Positions 38,574 to 46,945 of a DNA stretch of 64,000 nt are shown piece after piece. Where the stretch lies: NCBI GenBank assembly GCA_958296285.1, contig OY282459.1, positions 1,604,999 to 1,668,998 of the forward strand, written 5' to 3'. Below the pieces are notes generated by a model. That model had not been told where the DNA came from, made no database searches, and saw only the letters and a program-made list of their open reading frames with translations. The translations under genes were made by a program, and so were the position numbers. This stretch comes from an uncultured Alphaproteobacteria bacterium (lineage in GTDB: Bacteria > Pseudomonadota > Alphaproteobacteria > JAPOUT01 > G958296285). Each line of letters begins with the position of its first letter. Position 1 is the first letter of the stretch.

Positions 38574-39683
38574 TTATTTTTGACGAGAAGGAAAGTTAAC
38601 AATCAAATCTTTGCCATACTCAATTCCTGCAACCTTACAAGCCTCCATCAAGAATATTACCTTATCTTGAGTGCTACTGTGTGTATCCATATGCCAATCT
38701 CCGATTTGTCTAGGTTGCCGGAAATGGTCTTGCTTCTCACGCCGAGGACAGTTGGTTCTTCGACGACGAAGTCTGAGAGCAAATTGCTCCATGAAGTTTG
38801 GAATCTCATTGTCAAGACGCCGAAGAATTTCCACGAAGGCGTCGACGACTTGCCTATGAATGTGTTTTTCATTCCAGAGGATGTAGAAGATCTGTCCTTC
38901 TTCTTGAGCAACACCTGGCCTGTCTATTTTTCGTGGTGAAAAGACTCTTGCCTCAGTCAATGGAGCAGAGGGTTGCGATGAGGGCTGAGGCCTCAAACTC
39001 TTCAAAAAATTTACGATATCCTCCCTGCTCGGCGCATTGCCAACCCTTTTAGCAACTTCATCAATAAGCTCATCAATAATTGACGTGGTTTCCTTCTCAA
39101 CCATCTCCTTCCAAACGTCAGGAATAGTTCTACGGGCTTCCTCACGGTTTGTCCTTTCTTCAAGATCCTGTCGGGCATTATTTTGAGCACGTTGGGAGAT
39201 AACCTCTTGATGGCTCAGATACCGCCATAGATACTCTGCCGACTCTTCTGGCTCACTGTTAACGATGTTGATGTTGCGTACCAATCTTTCTTTGTATCCG
39301 CCTGTCCTAAAGGTGAGATATACTCGCCATTCTCCTCCATCCGTAAGGAGAGCTAGAAGCGCTCCAGCATCATAAACATATCCGAAAAGCTGTGGCTCAG
39401 CGCCACCAGCTCTTTTATACGCCTTCGCTTCAATGACGACAAAAAGGTTGCCTCTATCAAGCAGAGCATAATCTACATCCCCCCTTCCTCCGCTTTCATT
39501 CCTAAGAGAGTATTCCAGCTCTACTTGTTCCATGTCCTCCGTATTCCATCCTAAAGATCGGAGAATAGGTTCAATAATCCCGGATTTTACCATGGCCTCT
39601 TTCTTGTCATCATAGCGGCCAGATAAAATATCCCTGCGGATTCTTTTCAAAAGTTCAACAAGCGTTTTTTTGTTAGCAGACAT
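38574..39683 (-). CDS. Restriction-endonuclease-like protein with HsdR N-terminal-type PD-(D/E)xK domain (369 aa), in an AT-richer island
   Basis: N-terminus EAMVKSGIIEPILRSLGW ... GDVDYALLDRGNLFVVIEAKAY fits the type I restriction R-subunit N-terminal / Mrr-type nuclease core (D...E-x-K). C-terminal 200 aa uncharacterised. Base composition visibly AT-richer than flanks. Confidence 0.5.
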   Translation of the reverse strand: MSANKKTLVELLKRIRRDILSGRYDDKKEAMVKSGIIEPILRSLGWNTEDMEQVELEYSLRNESGGRGDVDYALLDRGNLFVVIEAKAYKRAGGAEPQLFGYVYDAGALLALLTDGGEWRVYLTFRTGGYKERLVRNINIVNSEPEESAEYLWRYLSHQEVISQRAQNNARQDLEERTNREEARRTIPDVWKEMVEKETTSIIDELIDEVAKRVGNAPSREDIVNFLKSLRPQPSSQPSAPLTEARVFSPRKIDRPGVAQEEGQIFYILWNEKHIHRQVVDAFVEILRRLDNEIPNFMEQFALRLRRRRTNCPRREKQDHFRQPRQIGDWHMDTHSSTQDKVIFLMEACKVAGIEYGKDLIVNFPSRQK

Positions 39684-39780
39684 GTCTTGCCCCTAGCCCT
39701 TCTTGTGCTTCAATAATACGAGCTTTTCGCTACCAATCAAGATGAAGCCATGCGAGCAGGGCAACGGGAACTCCACAAGA

Positions 39781-40155
39781 TCAGCCCCAAAAAGACTTGA
39801 TAAGCAAAGGCAGAATCATCACGACAAGAATCCAAAGAACCGTCTCCACACGCCCCATGCGAACCTCTAAGTTCCCCAACCGTTCATCCATACGCCCCAC
39901 TTGAGCTTCCAAGTTCGTCAGCCGATCCTCCACACGCCCCAACCGATCCTCCACACGCCCCACGCGAGCCTCCACACGCCCCACGCGAGCCTCTATGCTC
40001 ACCGACCGATCATCCAACGAGGAAAGGCGCGTATCCACGCTCCGCTTCCATTCGGCGTCTCTATCTGTCTCAAGAGCGCGAATCGCCGCTGTCGCCTTGT
40101 CGTCAGGGACATTCGCCGCCTTGAAAGCGTCATAAACTTCTACAAGAGACATCAT
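39781..40155 (-). CDS. DUF1640-like coiled-coil membrane protein, paralog 1 (124 aa) with 11-aa/33-bp tandem repeats
   Basis: Conserved N-terminus MMSLVEVYDAFKAANVPDDKATAAIRALET, then RVGRVEARVGRVEDRLGRVEDRL... repeats, then C-terminal TM WILVVMILPLLI. Confidence 0.6.
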   Translation of the reverse strand: MMSLVEVYDAFKAANVPDDKATAAIRALETDRDAEWKRSVDTRLSSLDDRSVSIEARVGRVEARVGRVEDRLGRVEDRLTNLEAQVGRMDERLGNLEVRMGRVETVLWILVVMILPLLIKSFWG

Positions 40156-40206
40156 TCTCCTCCATCATCTATCGTCAAGATTATAGCACATTTTATCGGC
40201 AAAAGC

Positions 40207-40362
40207 TCCTCTAGCAGGGGGCGCGTGGGTGGGTCGCATTTGCTCGCTTCGCGTTGCTTCGCTCGCAAATGCTTTTTTCCCACCCACCCACGCGCTTTCG
40301 GGGGGGATTCCCCCCCGAACCCCCTCTTTTCTTGGGGGGCTAGCCCCCCAAACCCCCCTTAA
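40207..40362. repeat. Composite REP/MITE-like element, copy R5 (module D inverted repeat + hairpin + B palindrome)
   Basis: GGGGGCGCGTGGGTGGGTCGCATTTGCTCGCTTCGCG..CTCGCAAATGC..CCCACCCACCCACGCGC, then TTCGGGGGGGATTCCCCCCCGAA, then CTTGGGGGGCTAGCCCCCCAA. Near-identical to 45829-45965. Confidence 0.7.
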
Positions 40363-40381
40363 CGGGAGCATGTCAAGCCCG

Positions 40382-41680
40382 TCAGCGCCCCGTCGGCAAA
40401 TCCCGAAACGGCTTCGCCTTATCAACCCGAATGTCCGCAGGCATCCCCAAAACACGCTCCGCAACAATGTTCCGCAAAATCTCATCCGTCCCGCCAGCAA
40501 TCCGAAAGCCCGCCGCCCAAATCCACTGCTGCTGAAACGCCGCCCCAAAAGGCGACAACTCCCCATCACTGACAACCCCTGCCATATCCTGCATCTCCAT
40601 CGCGAAAGCGCCAATGTCCTGCATCTTCCGCGCCGAAACAATCTTAATGATGGAACTCTCCGGCCCCGGCGTCTCGCCCTTGGAAAGAGCGGTGAGCGTC
40701 CGCATCTTGGTATATTTCAAGCCCTGACTCTCCGCATACCACTCGGCGATCTTGGCGCGAATGTGCGCGTCTTTGACGGCAGGCCCATTCTCGGTCTCCA
40801 GATCGCGGGCGATCTCCAGCAGATCGCCGGCATCGGCGCTCTCGCCCATGCCGACCGCGAGACGCTCATTCATCAAGGTCGTCAAGGCGACCTTCCAGCC
40901 CTCGCCGACTTCGCCGAGCCTCTGACTGTCAGGAATCCGGACATCATTAAAGAAGACCTCGTTGAAATTGCTGCCTCCCGACATCTGCTTGATCGGACGC
41001 ACCTCCACGCCCGGCGCATGCATATCCAAGAAGAAGAAGGTCAAGCCGCGATGCTTCGGCTGATCAGGATCGGATCGCGCGACAATGATGCCGTAATCGG
41101 AGAAATGCGCGCCCGAAGTCCAAACCTTCTGCCCGTTCAAGATCCAATCGTCCCCGTCTCGCTTGACTCGGCTTCGTATCCCTGCGACATCCGATCCCGC
41201 CGCGGGCTCTGAGAAGAGCTGACACCAGATTTCCTCGCCATAAAGGGCGGGTTTGACGTATCGCGTCAGGGTTTCCTTGTCGGCATAGGCGATGAGGGTT
41301 GGGATGCACATGCCGAGTCCGATTTCAAAATATCCTCGCGGCAGATGATATTTGGCTTCTTCCTGATTGTAGATGACGGATTGTATGGCGGTACCGCCCA
41401 TGCCTCCATAGTCTTTGGGCCAAGTGATGGCGGCGTATCCTGCGGCGGCTTTTTTCTTCTGCCATTTTTTGGCTCTGGCGAGTCCATCGGCTTCGGACTC
41501 TCGGGTTTCGGCGCGCGCGGCTTTGAGATTGTCGGCGTCTTTGGGCTTGGCGTTTTGATTGAGGAAGTCGCGGACTTTTTTACGGAAGGCGGCTTCTTGG
41601 GGTGTGTCGTTGAGGTGCATGATGGTTCTCCTTATGCGACGTTTTTCATTTCTAGGAGTCGGACGAGTCTCTCTTTCCAC
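40382..41680 (-). CDS. Acyl-CoA dehydrogenase family protein
   Basis: 432 aa; ACAD N-terminal/middle/C-terminal domain motifs (..GSDVAGIRSRVKRDGDDWILNGQKVWTSG..). Confidence 0.85.
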   Translation of the reverse strand: MERETRPTPRNEKRRIRRTIMHLNDTPQEAAFRKKVRDFLNQNAKPKDADNLKAARAETRESEADGLARAKKWQKKKAAAGYAAITWPKDYGGMGGTAIQSVIYNQEEAKYHLPRGYFEIGLGMCIPTLIAYADKETLTRYVKPALYGEEIWCQLFSEPAAGSDVAGIRSRVKRDGDDWILNGQKVWTSGAHFSDYGIIVARSDPDQPKHRGLTFFFLDMHAPGVEVRPIKQMSGGSNFNEVFFNDVRIPDSQRLGEVGEGWKVALTTLMNERLAVGMGESADAGDLLEIARDLETENGPAVKDAHIRAKIAEWYAESQGLKYTKMRTLTALSKGETPGPESSIIKIVSARKMQDIGAFAMEMQDMAGVVSDGELSPFGAAFQQQWIWAAGFRIAGGTDEILRNIVAERVLGMPADIRVDKAKPFRDLPTGR

Positions 41681-42753
41681 CTTCGCTGCGCGCCGATGAC
41701 GAGAGAGAGTGTTCTAGCGCGGCGATAGAAGAGTTGGCAATCGGATTCCCATGTGAATCCGATTCCGCCATGGGTTTGGACGTTTTCTTGGGCGGCGAAG
41801 ATGAAGGCGTCTGACGCGCTGATTCTGGCGGTTGCGGCGGCGATGGCGAGGTCGGCGCTTTCTTCTTGGCTTCCGAGCGTCATAGCGGCGTAATAGCAGT
41901 TGGATCGGGCGAGTTGGTTTTTGACGTAGATATTGGCGAGTTTATGTTTGATGGCTTGGAAGGATCCGATGGGTCTGCCGAAAGCGAATCGTTCTCTAGC
42001 GTAAGTTTGGGCCATTTCCAGGGCTGCGTCCGCGCCGCCGAGTTGCTCAAAGGCGAAGAGGACGGCGGATCGGTTGAGGATTCTGTCCATCATTTCTTCG
42101 GCTTTGTCGCCTTCGGCGAGGATTTCGGCGGGCGCGTCGTGGAAGGTGATTGTGGCGTATTTTCGGCTTGGGTCTATTGTTCTGACATTTTGGCGCTTGA
42201 CGTTTGGCGTGTTGGCATCGGCGAGGATGATGACGGCTTGGTCTTTTTTATTTTTGGCGGTTGTGATGACGAAGTTCGCGCTCATTCCGTCGGGGACGGG
42301 CATTTTTGTTCCTGAGAGTTTATGTCCGTCAAAGGCTGTATTTGTGTTGGCGAAGGTTGGCGCGCCGGCTTTTTCGGAGAAGGCGAAGGTTCCGATAGCC
42401 TCGCCTGAGGCGAGTTTAGGGAGCCAATGTTTTTTGGCGTTTTCGTTTTGCGTGGCTTTGAGGGTTTCTGCGGCGACATAGATGCTAGAGGAGAAGGGGA
42501 CGGGTGCGAGCGCGCGTCCGAGTTCTTCTGCGATGACGCAGAGTTCCAGCATATTCATATTGGTTCCGCCGTATTTTTCGGGGATTGCGGCGCCGAGGAG
42601 TCCCATATTGGCGAGTTGGTTCCAGAGTTTGGTGTTGTGCGTTTTGTTGGATTCCAGGATTTCGCGGACTGCCGTGAGCGGGCAATGGTCGGCGAGCATT
42701 TTGCGCGTTTGATCGCGGAGGATTTTTTGGTCGTCTGAGAAGTCTAGGTTCAC
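41632..42753 (-). CDS. Acyl-CoA dehydrogenase family protein (second, adjacent)
   Basis: 373 aa ACAD fold (..YARERFAFGRPIGSFQAIKHKLANIY..). Forms a tandem ACAD pair with the upstream gene. Exact start/overlap uncertain. Confidence 0.82.
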   Translation of the reverse strand: MNLDFSDDQKILRDQTRKMLADHCPLTAVREILESNKTHNTKLWNQLANMGLLGAAIPEKYGGTNMNMLELCVIAEELGRALAPVPFSSSIYVAAETLKATQNENAKKHWLPKLASGEAIGTFAFSEKAGAPTFANTNTAFDGHKLSGTKMPVPDGMSANFVITTAKNKKDQAVIILADANTPNVKRQNVRTIDPSRKYATITFHDAPAEILAEGDKAEEMMDRILNRSAVLFAFEQLGGADAALEMAQTYARERFAFGRPIGSFQAIKHKLANIYVKNQLARSNCYYAAMTLGSQEESADLAIAAATARISASDAFIFAAQENVQTHGGIGFTWESDCQLFYRRARTLSLVIGAQRRWKERLVRLLEMKNVA

Positions 42754-42766
42754 TGTCGGCGTTCTT

Positions 42767-43213
42767 TCAGGCGAGGATTGCGCGGAGCAAGACTCCTGTT
42801 ATGAGGAGCAGGCAGACGGTGTTGAGGATCATATTTGCTCTGCCCATCCATTCCAGCCGTGCCATATGGATTCGGATTTCCCCGATTTCCCTATGCATTT
42901 CGTCTTGGAGTTCATGGATTTTGTTTTCCACTGCTATGATTCGGTCTTCCACTTTTCCGATGCGCTCTTCCACTTTTCTGATGCGCTCTTCCACCACTAT
43001 GATTCGGTCTTCCACTTTTCCGATGCGCTCTTCCATTTTTCCGATGCGTTCTTCCACTTTTCCGATGCGGTCATCCATTTGTCCGATGCGGTCTTCTATT
43101 CGCCGCAGACGTTGTTCGTCTCGGTTGGTTTCCAGGGCTTCTACGGCTGCGGTGGCTTTATCGTCATCCACGTTAGCGGCTTTGAAGGCGTTATAGACTG
43201 CGACAAGGCTCAT
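42767..43213 (-). CDS. DUF1640-like coiled-coil membrane protein, paralog 2 (148 aa) with ~8 copies of a 33-bp repeat
   Basis: MSLVAVYNAFKAANVDDDKATAAVEALET, then EDRIGQMDDRIGKVEERIGKMEERIGKVEDRIIVVEERIRKVEERIGKVEDRIIAVENKI, then TM ILNTVCLLLITGVLLRAILA. Confidence 0.6.
   Translation of the reverse strand: MSLVAVYNAFKAANVDDDKATAAVEALETNRDEQRLRRIEDRIGQMDDRIGKVEERIGKMEERIGKVEDRIIVVEERIRKVEERIGKVEDRIIAVENKIHELQDEMHREIGEIRIHMARLEWMGRANMILNTVCLLLITGVLLRAILA
42925..43110. repeat. 33-bp in-frame tandem repeat array inside DUF1640 paralog 2
   Basis: Plus-strand shadow ORF reads MRSSTFPMRSSTFLMRSSTTMIRSSTFPMRSS... with strict 11-codon periodicity. The DNA shows repeated TTCCACTTTTCCGATGCGCTCTTCCA-type units. 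Confidence 0.65.
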
Positions 43214-43320
43214 GGATTGTCTCCCTGTTTATCTCCCTGTGATATGGGGAGATAGCGAGAGTCTAGCGGTTTTTTCTCTGTCTCGCAAGAGTTCTTGCGA
43301 TGCGGGGGGGCTTGTGGGGA

Positions 43321-43563
43321 TTAGGAGGCGAGATTAATCAGGATAGCGCCTGTCAGGGTTAGATTTGCCATGACAAGAACGATGAGGGTTCCGACCATCC
43401 ATTTCAACAAGACGATATCGGCTTCCACTTTGGCGATGCGGTCTTCCATTCTACGCTTCCATGGCTCGTCTAGGCTGGTTTCTATGGCTTTGACGGCTTC
43501 TGTGGCTTTGGTTTGATCCACATTGGCGGCTCTGAGAGCGTCATAGACTGCGACAAGGCTCAT
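43321..43563 (-). CDS. DUF1640-like membrane protein, paralog 3 (80 aa, repeat-less form)
   Basis: MSLVAVYDALRAANVDQTKATEAVKAIETSLDEPWKRRMEDRIAKVEADIVLLKWMVGTLIVLVMANL. Same N-terminus and upstream region as the gene at 42767-43213. Confidence 0.55.
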   Translation of the reverse strand: MSLVAVYDALRAANVDQTKATEAVKAIETSLDEPWKRRMEDRIAKVEADIVLLKWMVGTLIVLVMANLTLTGAILINLAS

Positions 43564-43670
43564 GGATTGTCTCCCTGTTTCTCTCCCTAGAATACAGCGA
43601 GCCTAGCGGTTTTCTCTCTGTCTCGCAACCATTCTTGCGATGCGGGGGGCGAGGCGGCAGGGTCATCTCG

Positions 43671-44150
43671 CTAGAAGCAGAAGCTAAAATGTCCGTCAAA
43701 ATCAATCTTGAGAGACCCATGCATGATAATGTCCATGCCTACAAGAACGTCAAAGGGGAGATTTCTTCCCGCGTCAAAGTCCAATCCCTCAATTGGAGGA
43801 AAGGGGAAAAGGATTCTGCCCTCCTCTTCCCCGGACGGGTTAATGCCCGTCCCCATAGGCAGCCCGAGAGCGAAGAGATATTGTTGTCTTGGGGTCGTTC
43901 CGGATGCCGAGACCATCTCCATCATGCCCCTGGCTTGCAACCCGACCTCTTCGGCGACTTTTGGAGAGATGCATGTGCGAGAGGCTCCTGTATCCAATAA
44001 GCCGCGATAAGGTCTCATGCCTTTGGGCGGAGTCCGCATAGGAGAGGCGTCTTTTTTTTGGGCGAGGTCAGAAATGATTTTCGGCTCAGAGATAACAACG
44101 GTCAGAATAGCCCCTGTCCCTTTTTGGCAGTTACCCGACAGGCACGACAT
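43671..44150 (-). CDS. Retropepsin-like (clan AA) aspartic protease
   Basis: YRGLLDTGASRTCIS contains the D-T-G-A catalytic motif with hydrophobic-hydrophobic-D-T-G spacing. C-terminal DVLVGMDIIMHGSLKIDF is the flap/dimerisation-type segment. Confidence 0.65.
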   Translation of the reverse strand: MSCLSGNCQKGTGAILTVVISEPKIISDLAQKKDASPMRTPPKGMRPYRGLLDTGASRTCISPKVAEEVGLQARGMMEMVSASGTTPRQQYLFALGLPMGTGINPSGEEEGRILFPFPPIEGLDFDAGRNLPFDVLVGMDIIMHGSLKIDFDGHFSFCF

Positions 44151-44499
44151 GCGAATAGAAGCCTAGGTCTACAGGGACATCGGTGATTTCCTGCACGGAG
44201 AAGATATCGTCATCATAAAGGAGTTTTCCTGTGCGCTCGGCGTCTAGGGCTGTGGAATAAACGGCGATCAGTTTTTCCCCGCGCAGCAGAGCGTGCTGGT
44301 TGCGATACTCCTTGAGAAGTTTGGGGAGCATTTTTTTGAATGCCTCGTAGTTTTTGCGGATTTCTTCGTCTCTATCTTTTCCGAGAGAGGCTATTTTCGC
44401 GTCATCAGACATTTTTGCCCTTTCCGTAGCTTTCTGCAGCTTCCTGTAGAATGTGGCTTTCCCTTGCGCGAGGCATTGTTTGATTTTAGCGCTCTCCAT
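44131..44499 (-). CDS. Hypothetical 122-aa protein co-transcribed upstream of the retropepsin-like protease
   Basis: 20-nt overlap with the downstream gene; charged helical protein with no known motif. Confidence 0.4.
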   Translation of the reverse strand: MESAKIKQCLAQGKATFYRKLQKATERAKMSDDAKIASLGKDRDEEIRKNYEAFKKMLPKLLKEYRNQHALLRGEKLIAVYSTALDAERTGKLLYDDDIFSVQEITDVPVDLGFYSHVVPVG

Positions 44500-44539
44500 A
44501 GATCATGTCCATATGCTTACCCTTCTTGCATGAGATCAA

Positions 44540-44617
44540 GCGAGGCGGGGGGTCGGCGGGCGCAAGCCTGCGAGAAACCGCTCGTGGCGTAGCCTGCCTA
44601 CCCTCTTGCTCGCAGGA
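44540..44617. repeat. REP/MITE-like element, copy R6 (short)
   Basis: GGGGGGTCGGCGGGCGCAAGCCTGCGAGAA...CTCGTGGCGTAGCC...CTCTTGCTCGCAGG. Confidence 0.55.
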
Positions 44618-44618
44618 A

Positions 44619-45680
44619 CTATAATAGCTCTTCTGGCGGTATTCCCGCTTTCAAGAGCATTTTTACAAATTCCATGCCGTTAATCAGAAATACCCCTTCC
44701 TCCTCGGCAAGTTTGCGGCAATCTTCAGTAAAAGCGTTTGCCGAGCTTATAACCCAAGCAGAGAAAGAAGAGTCATCATCTTGTTGATCTTTCCTGTAAT
44801 CACTCACCTGTTTAACAGCCTCTTCGTCGGTTTCCGTGTTTCTTGGGAAAAACTTAACCTGCACGTAAATAACGTGCTTCATTGGTTCAAAAATTGCGAC
44901 AACATCGGCATCACCCGTTTTATCCCCTTTGTTCTGTGGAGGCATATCAACCGCTGTCGCTCCGATTTTCTTTAAGTAAAGAGCAACAAGTTTCTCGAAC
45001 TTTTTGGGATTGAGATTCTTCACTATCCAATTCAGAACCGGGTTGGCCAGCTCTTCAAGCAACTCCTCTGAGAGTCTTGTAGGTCTGCTTTCCCTAAATC
45101 TAGCCAGCGCCTCTTCAATGCTGTCTTTTACATTATTCACGAAGAGATTTACCCATTTACTCTTCATCTTTGCCGTGAGAGCAGCATCTGCATAATCCCA
45201 TTTTGAGATTCCTTTGGCGATGGTGCTCACTTTCCAATAGAACCCAAGATCAAACTGTTTATCGCTTCTATAGAGCTTGCCATCTCGAATCTCCAAACCG
45301 AGATTACTTAGAGCGCTAGACTCAGAAGCGTCCAAATTGGAAATCGGATGTGGGCCCGAAACCAGCTCATAAATTGAAAATTCATGTCCATAGGGACTTG
45401 GAACTAAAACGCAATCTCCCTTTTTGAAATCAGCGAGAAAATACCACAGCCCCCATGCCCATCTTCGGAATTCAACATACGCCTCTTTAATCTTCCTGCG
45501 AAACAACTCTTCTCTCTTGTCCTCGGATTCACTCGCCAAAATCTCGGCAATAAAGGATTGCGTTGAAAGAGATTGATGCCCAAATCCGATGGTCAGAATG
45601 CTGCCTTCATTCAAAAGAGGCACAGATGCCTCTCGCTCATGCTTAATCCTATGTAGCCAATAATTCCTTTCTTCTGCCAT
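44619..45680 (-). CDS. Mrr-type (type IV-like) restriction endonuclease with N-terminal putative modified-DNA-recognition domain
   Basis: C-terminal GDADVVAIFEPMKHVIYVQVKF ... VISSANAFTEDCRKLAEEEGVFLINGMEFVKML resembles the Mrr_cat PD-(D/E)xK core. AT-richer region. Confidence 0.55.
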   Translation of the reverse strand: MAEERNYWLHRIKHEREASVPLLNEGSILTIGFGHQSLSTQSFIAEILASESEDKREELFRRKIKEAYVEFRRWAWGLWYFLADFKKGDCVLVPSPYGHEFSIYELVSGPHPISNLDASESSALSNLGLEIRDGKLYRSDKQFDLGFYWKVSTIAKGISKWDYADAALTAKMKSKWVNLFVNNVKDSIEEALARFRESRPTRLSEELLEELANPVLNWIVKNLNPKKFEKLVALYLKKIGATAVDMPPQNKGDKTGDADVVAIFEPMKHVIYVQVKFFPRNTETDEEAVKQVSDYRKDQQDDDSSFSAWVISSANAFTEDCRKLAEEEGVFLINGMEFVKMLLKAGIPPEELL

Positions 45681-45746
45681 TTTGCCTGCCCTCCAATGTT
45701 TCTAGCGGATATTCATTGTATTATATCCCCCGCTTCTCATTTATTC

Positions 45747-45970
45747 AAGCGAGCAGGGGGGTGCGGGGGGTGCGACACCCCCCGCGAAAAAACAAGGCGG
45801 GCATAGCCCGCCTATGACTCTTGCGAGCAGGGGGCGCGTGGGTGGGTCGCATTTGCTCGCTTCGCGTGCTTCGCTCGCAAATGCTTTTTTCCCACCCACC
45901 CACGCGCTTTCGGGGGGATTCCCCCGAACCCCCTTTTTTCAAGGGGGGCTAGCCCCCCTTGACCCCCCTT
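45747..45970. repeat. Composite REP/MITE-like element, copy R7 (extra GC hairpins + module D + hairpin + B palindrome)
   Basis: GGGGGGTGCGGGGGGTGCGACACCCCCCGCG; GGCGGGCATAGCCCGCC hairpin; CTCTTGCGAGCAGGGGGCGCGTGGGTGGGTCGC...CCCACCCACCCACGCGC (module D); TTCGGGGGGATTCCCCCGAA; CAAGGGGGGCTAGCCCCCCTTG. Confidence 0.7.
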
Positions 45971-45993
45971 TACGGGAGATTCAATCCTAGCCG

Positions 45994-46536
45994 TTAACGA
46001 TCTCGGCGCTCGCGGCGGCGCTCCTGCCACCTCTTACGCCTCTCGCCGATTTCCTCGCTCGCCTCGCCAAGAGCCTCAGCAAGCTCGCGCCGCTCCTCAA
46101 GACTCAAGCCTCCAAGAATATCCACGACATCGCCCCAGCCCCTCCGCAAAACGCGCTCGCCAGAATCCACAACCCGCGATTGCGCCCGATCCAAAATGGC
46201 GGCGGCAGCATCCTTATCAAACGACTCTTGCCGAAGCGCGGCGGCGAGATTCTTCAAAGCGCCCGCTGTCTCACGAGACGCCATATCGCGGAGGTCTCGC
46301 ATCTCGCCGCGCCGCGCCCTGAATTTCTTTCGGAGTTCCTTGCGCGCGTCATCAGGCACGGCATGGACAATGGCGCGCATCTCTCCGCCAAAGCCCCGAT
46401 GGGAGCCGATGCGGAAAGTCGCGTAAGCGCCAACGACAAAAAGATTGATCGCCAACGACACAATGAGTCCGCCAAGAATCCATTTCTGACGGCGTTCTTT
46501 TTTCCTCTGCGGATCTGCGGGATTGATGTCGGTCAT
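45994..46536 (-). CDS. Periplasmic Spy/CpxP-like protein (third gene of ECF sigma operon)
   Basis: N-terminal TM WILGGLIVSLAINLFVVGAYA, then a helical Arg/Glu-rich domain. Confidence 0.45.
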   Translation of the reverse strand: MTDINPADPQRKKERRQKWILGGLIVSLAINLFVVGAYATFRIGSHRGFGGEMRAIVHAVPDDARKELRKKFRARRGEMRDLRDMASRETAGALKNLAAALRQESFDKDAAAAILDRAQSRVVDSGERVLRRGWGDVVDILGGLSLEERRELAEALGEASEEIGERRKRWQERRRERRDR

Positions 46537-46570
46537 GGTTTTTCTCCTTGGTTGAGGGTTTTTGAGGGTT

Positions 46571-46942
46571 TTAGAGTTCCAGCGGGTCTGACGGATTCAG
46601 CGCATCCGCGATGAAACCGACAGGGGATCGCTCCGCCTCGTCAAAGAGGAGGAAGGGGAGATTATCAGGCTCTTCGGCGAAGGGCATCGCGCCGGCTGCC
46701 TGAAGCGCGACTCCGAGCAGAAAAGACGCCGCCAAGAGAGCGCCGCGCGTCCAAAAGTTTGGCGCGGGCGCGCGGAAGCGGAGGGCGGCGAGAGGGGCGG
46801 GAGCGGGGGATTTTTCCGCTTGGACTTGCCTGAGGATTCTCGCCTTGAGCGCCTCCGAAGGGGGCGGGACATTAGACGTCTCTCGCATCAGCGAAGAGAT
46901 GGCGTCATGGGGTCTGTTGGGATTTTTGAGGATTCCGCTCAT
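46571..46942 (-). CDS. Putative anti-sigma factor (single-pass membrane)
   Basis: 123 aa; central TM ALLAASFLLGVALQAAGA. Sits immediately downstream of the ECF sigma gene with a 4-bp gap. Confidence 0.5.
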   Translation of the reverse strand: MSGILKNPNRPHDAISSLMRETSNVPPPSEALKARILRQVQAEKSPAPAPLAALRFRAPAPNFWTRGALLAASFLLGVALQAAGAMPFAEEPDNLPFLLFDEAERSPVGFIADALNPSDPLEL

Positions 46943-46945
46943 GGT

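Noticed and set aside
42801-43255. Plus-strand ORFs 42801-43196 (MRSSTFPMRSSTFLMRSS...) and 42866-43255 (HFSDALFHFSDA...)
   Set aside because: They are antisense or frame-shifted readings of the 33-bp tandem repeats inside the DUF1640 paralog on the minus strand. Periodic low-complexity peptides are the repeat's signature, not genes.
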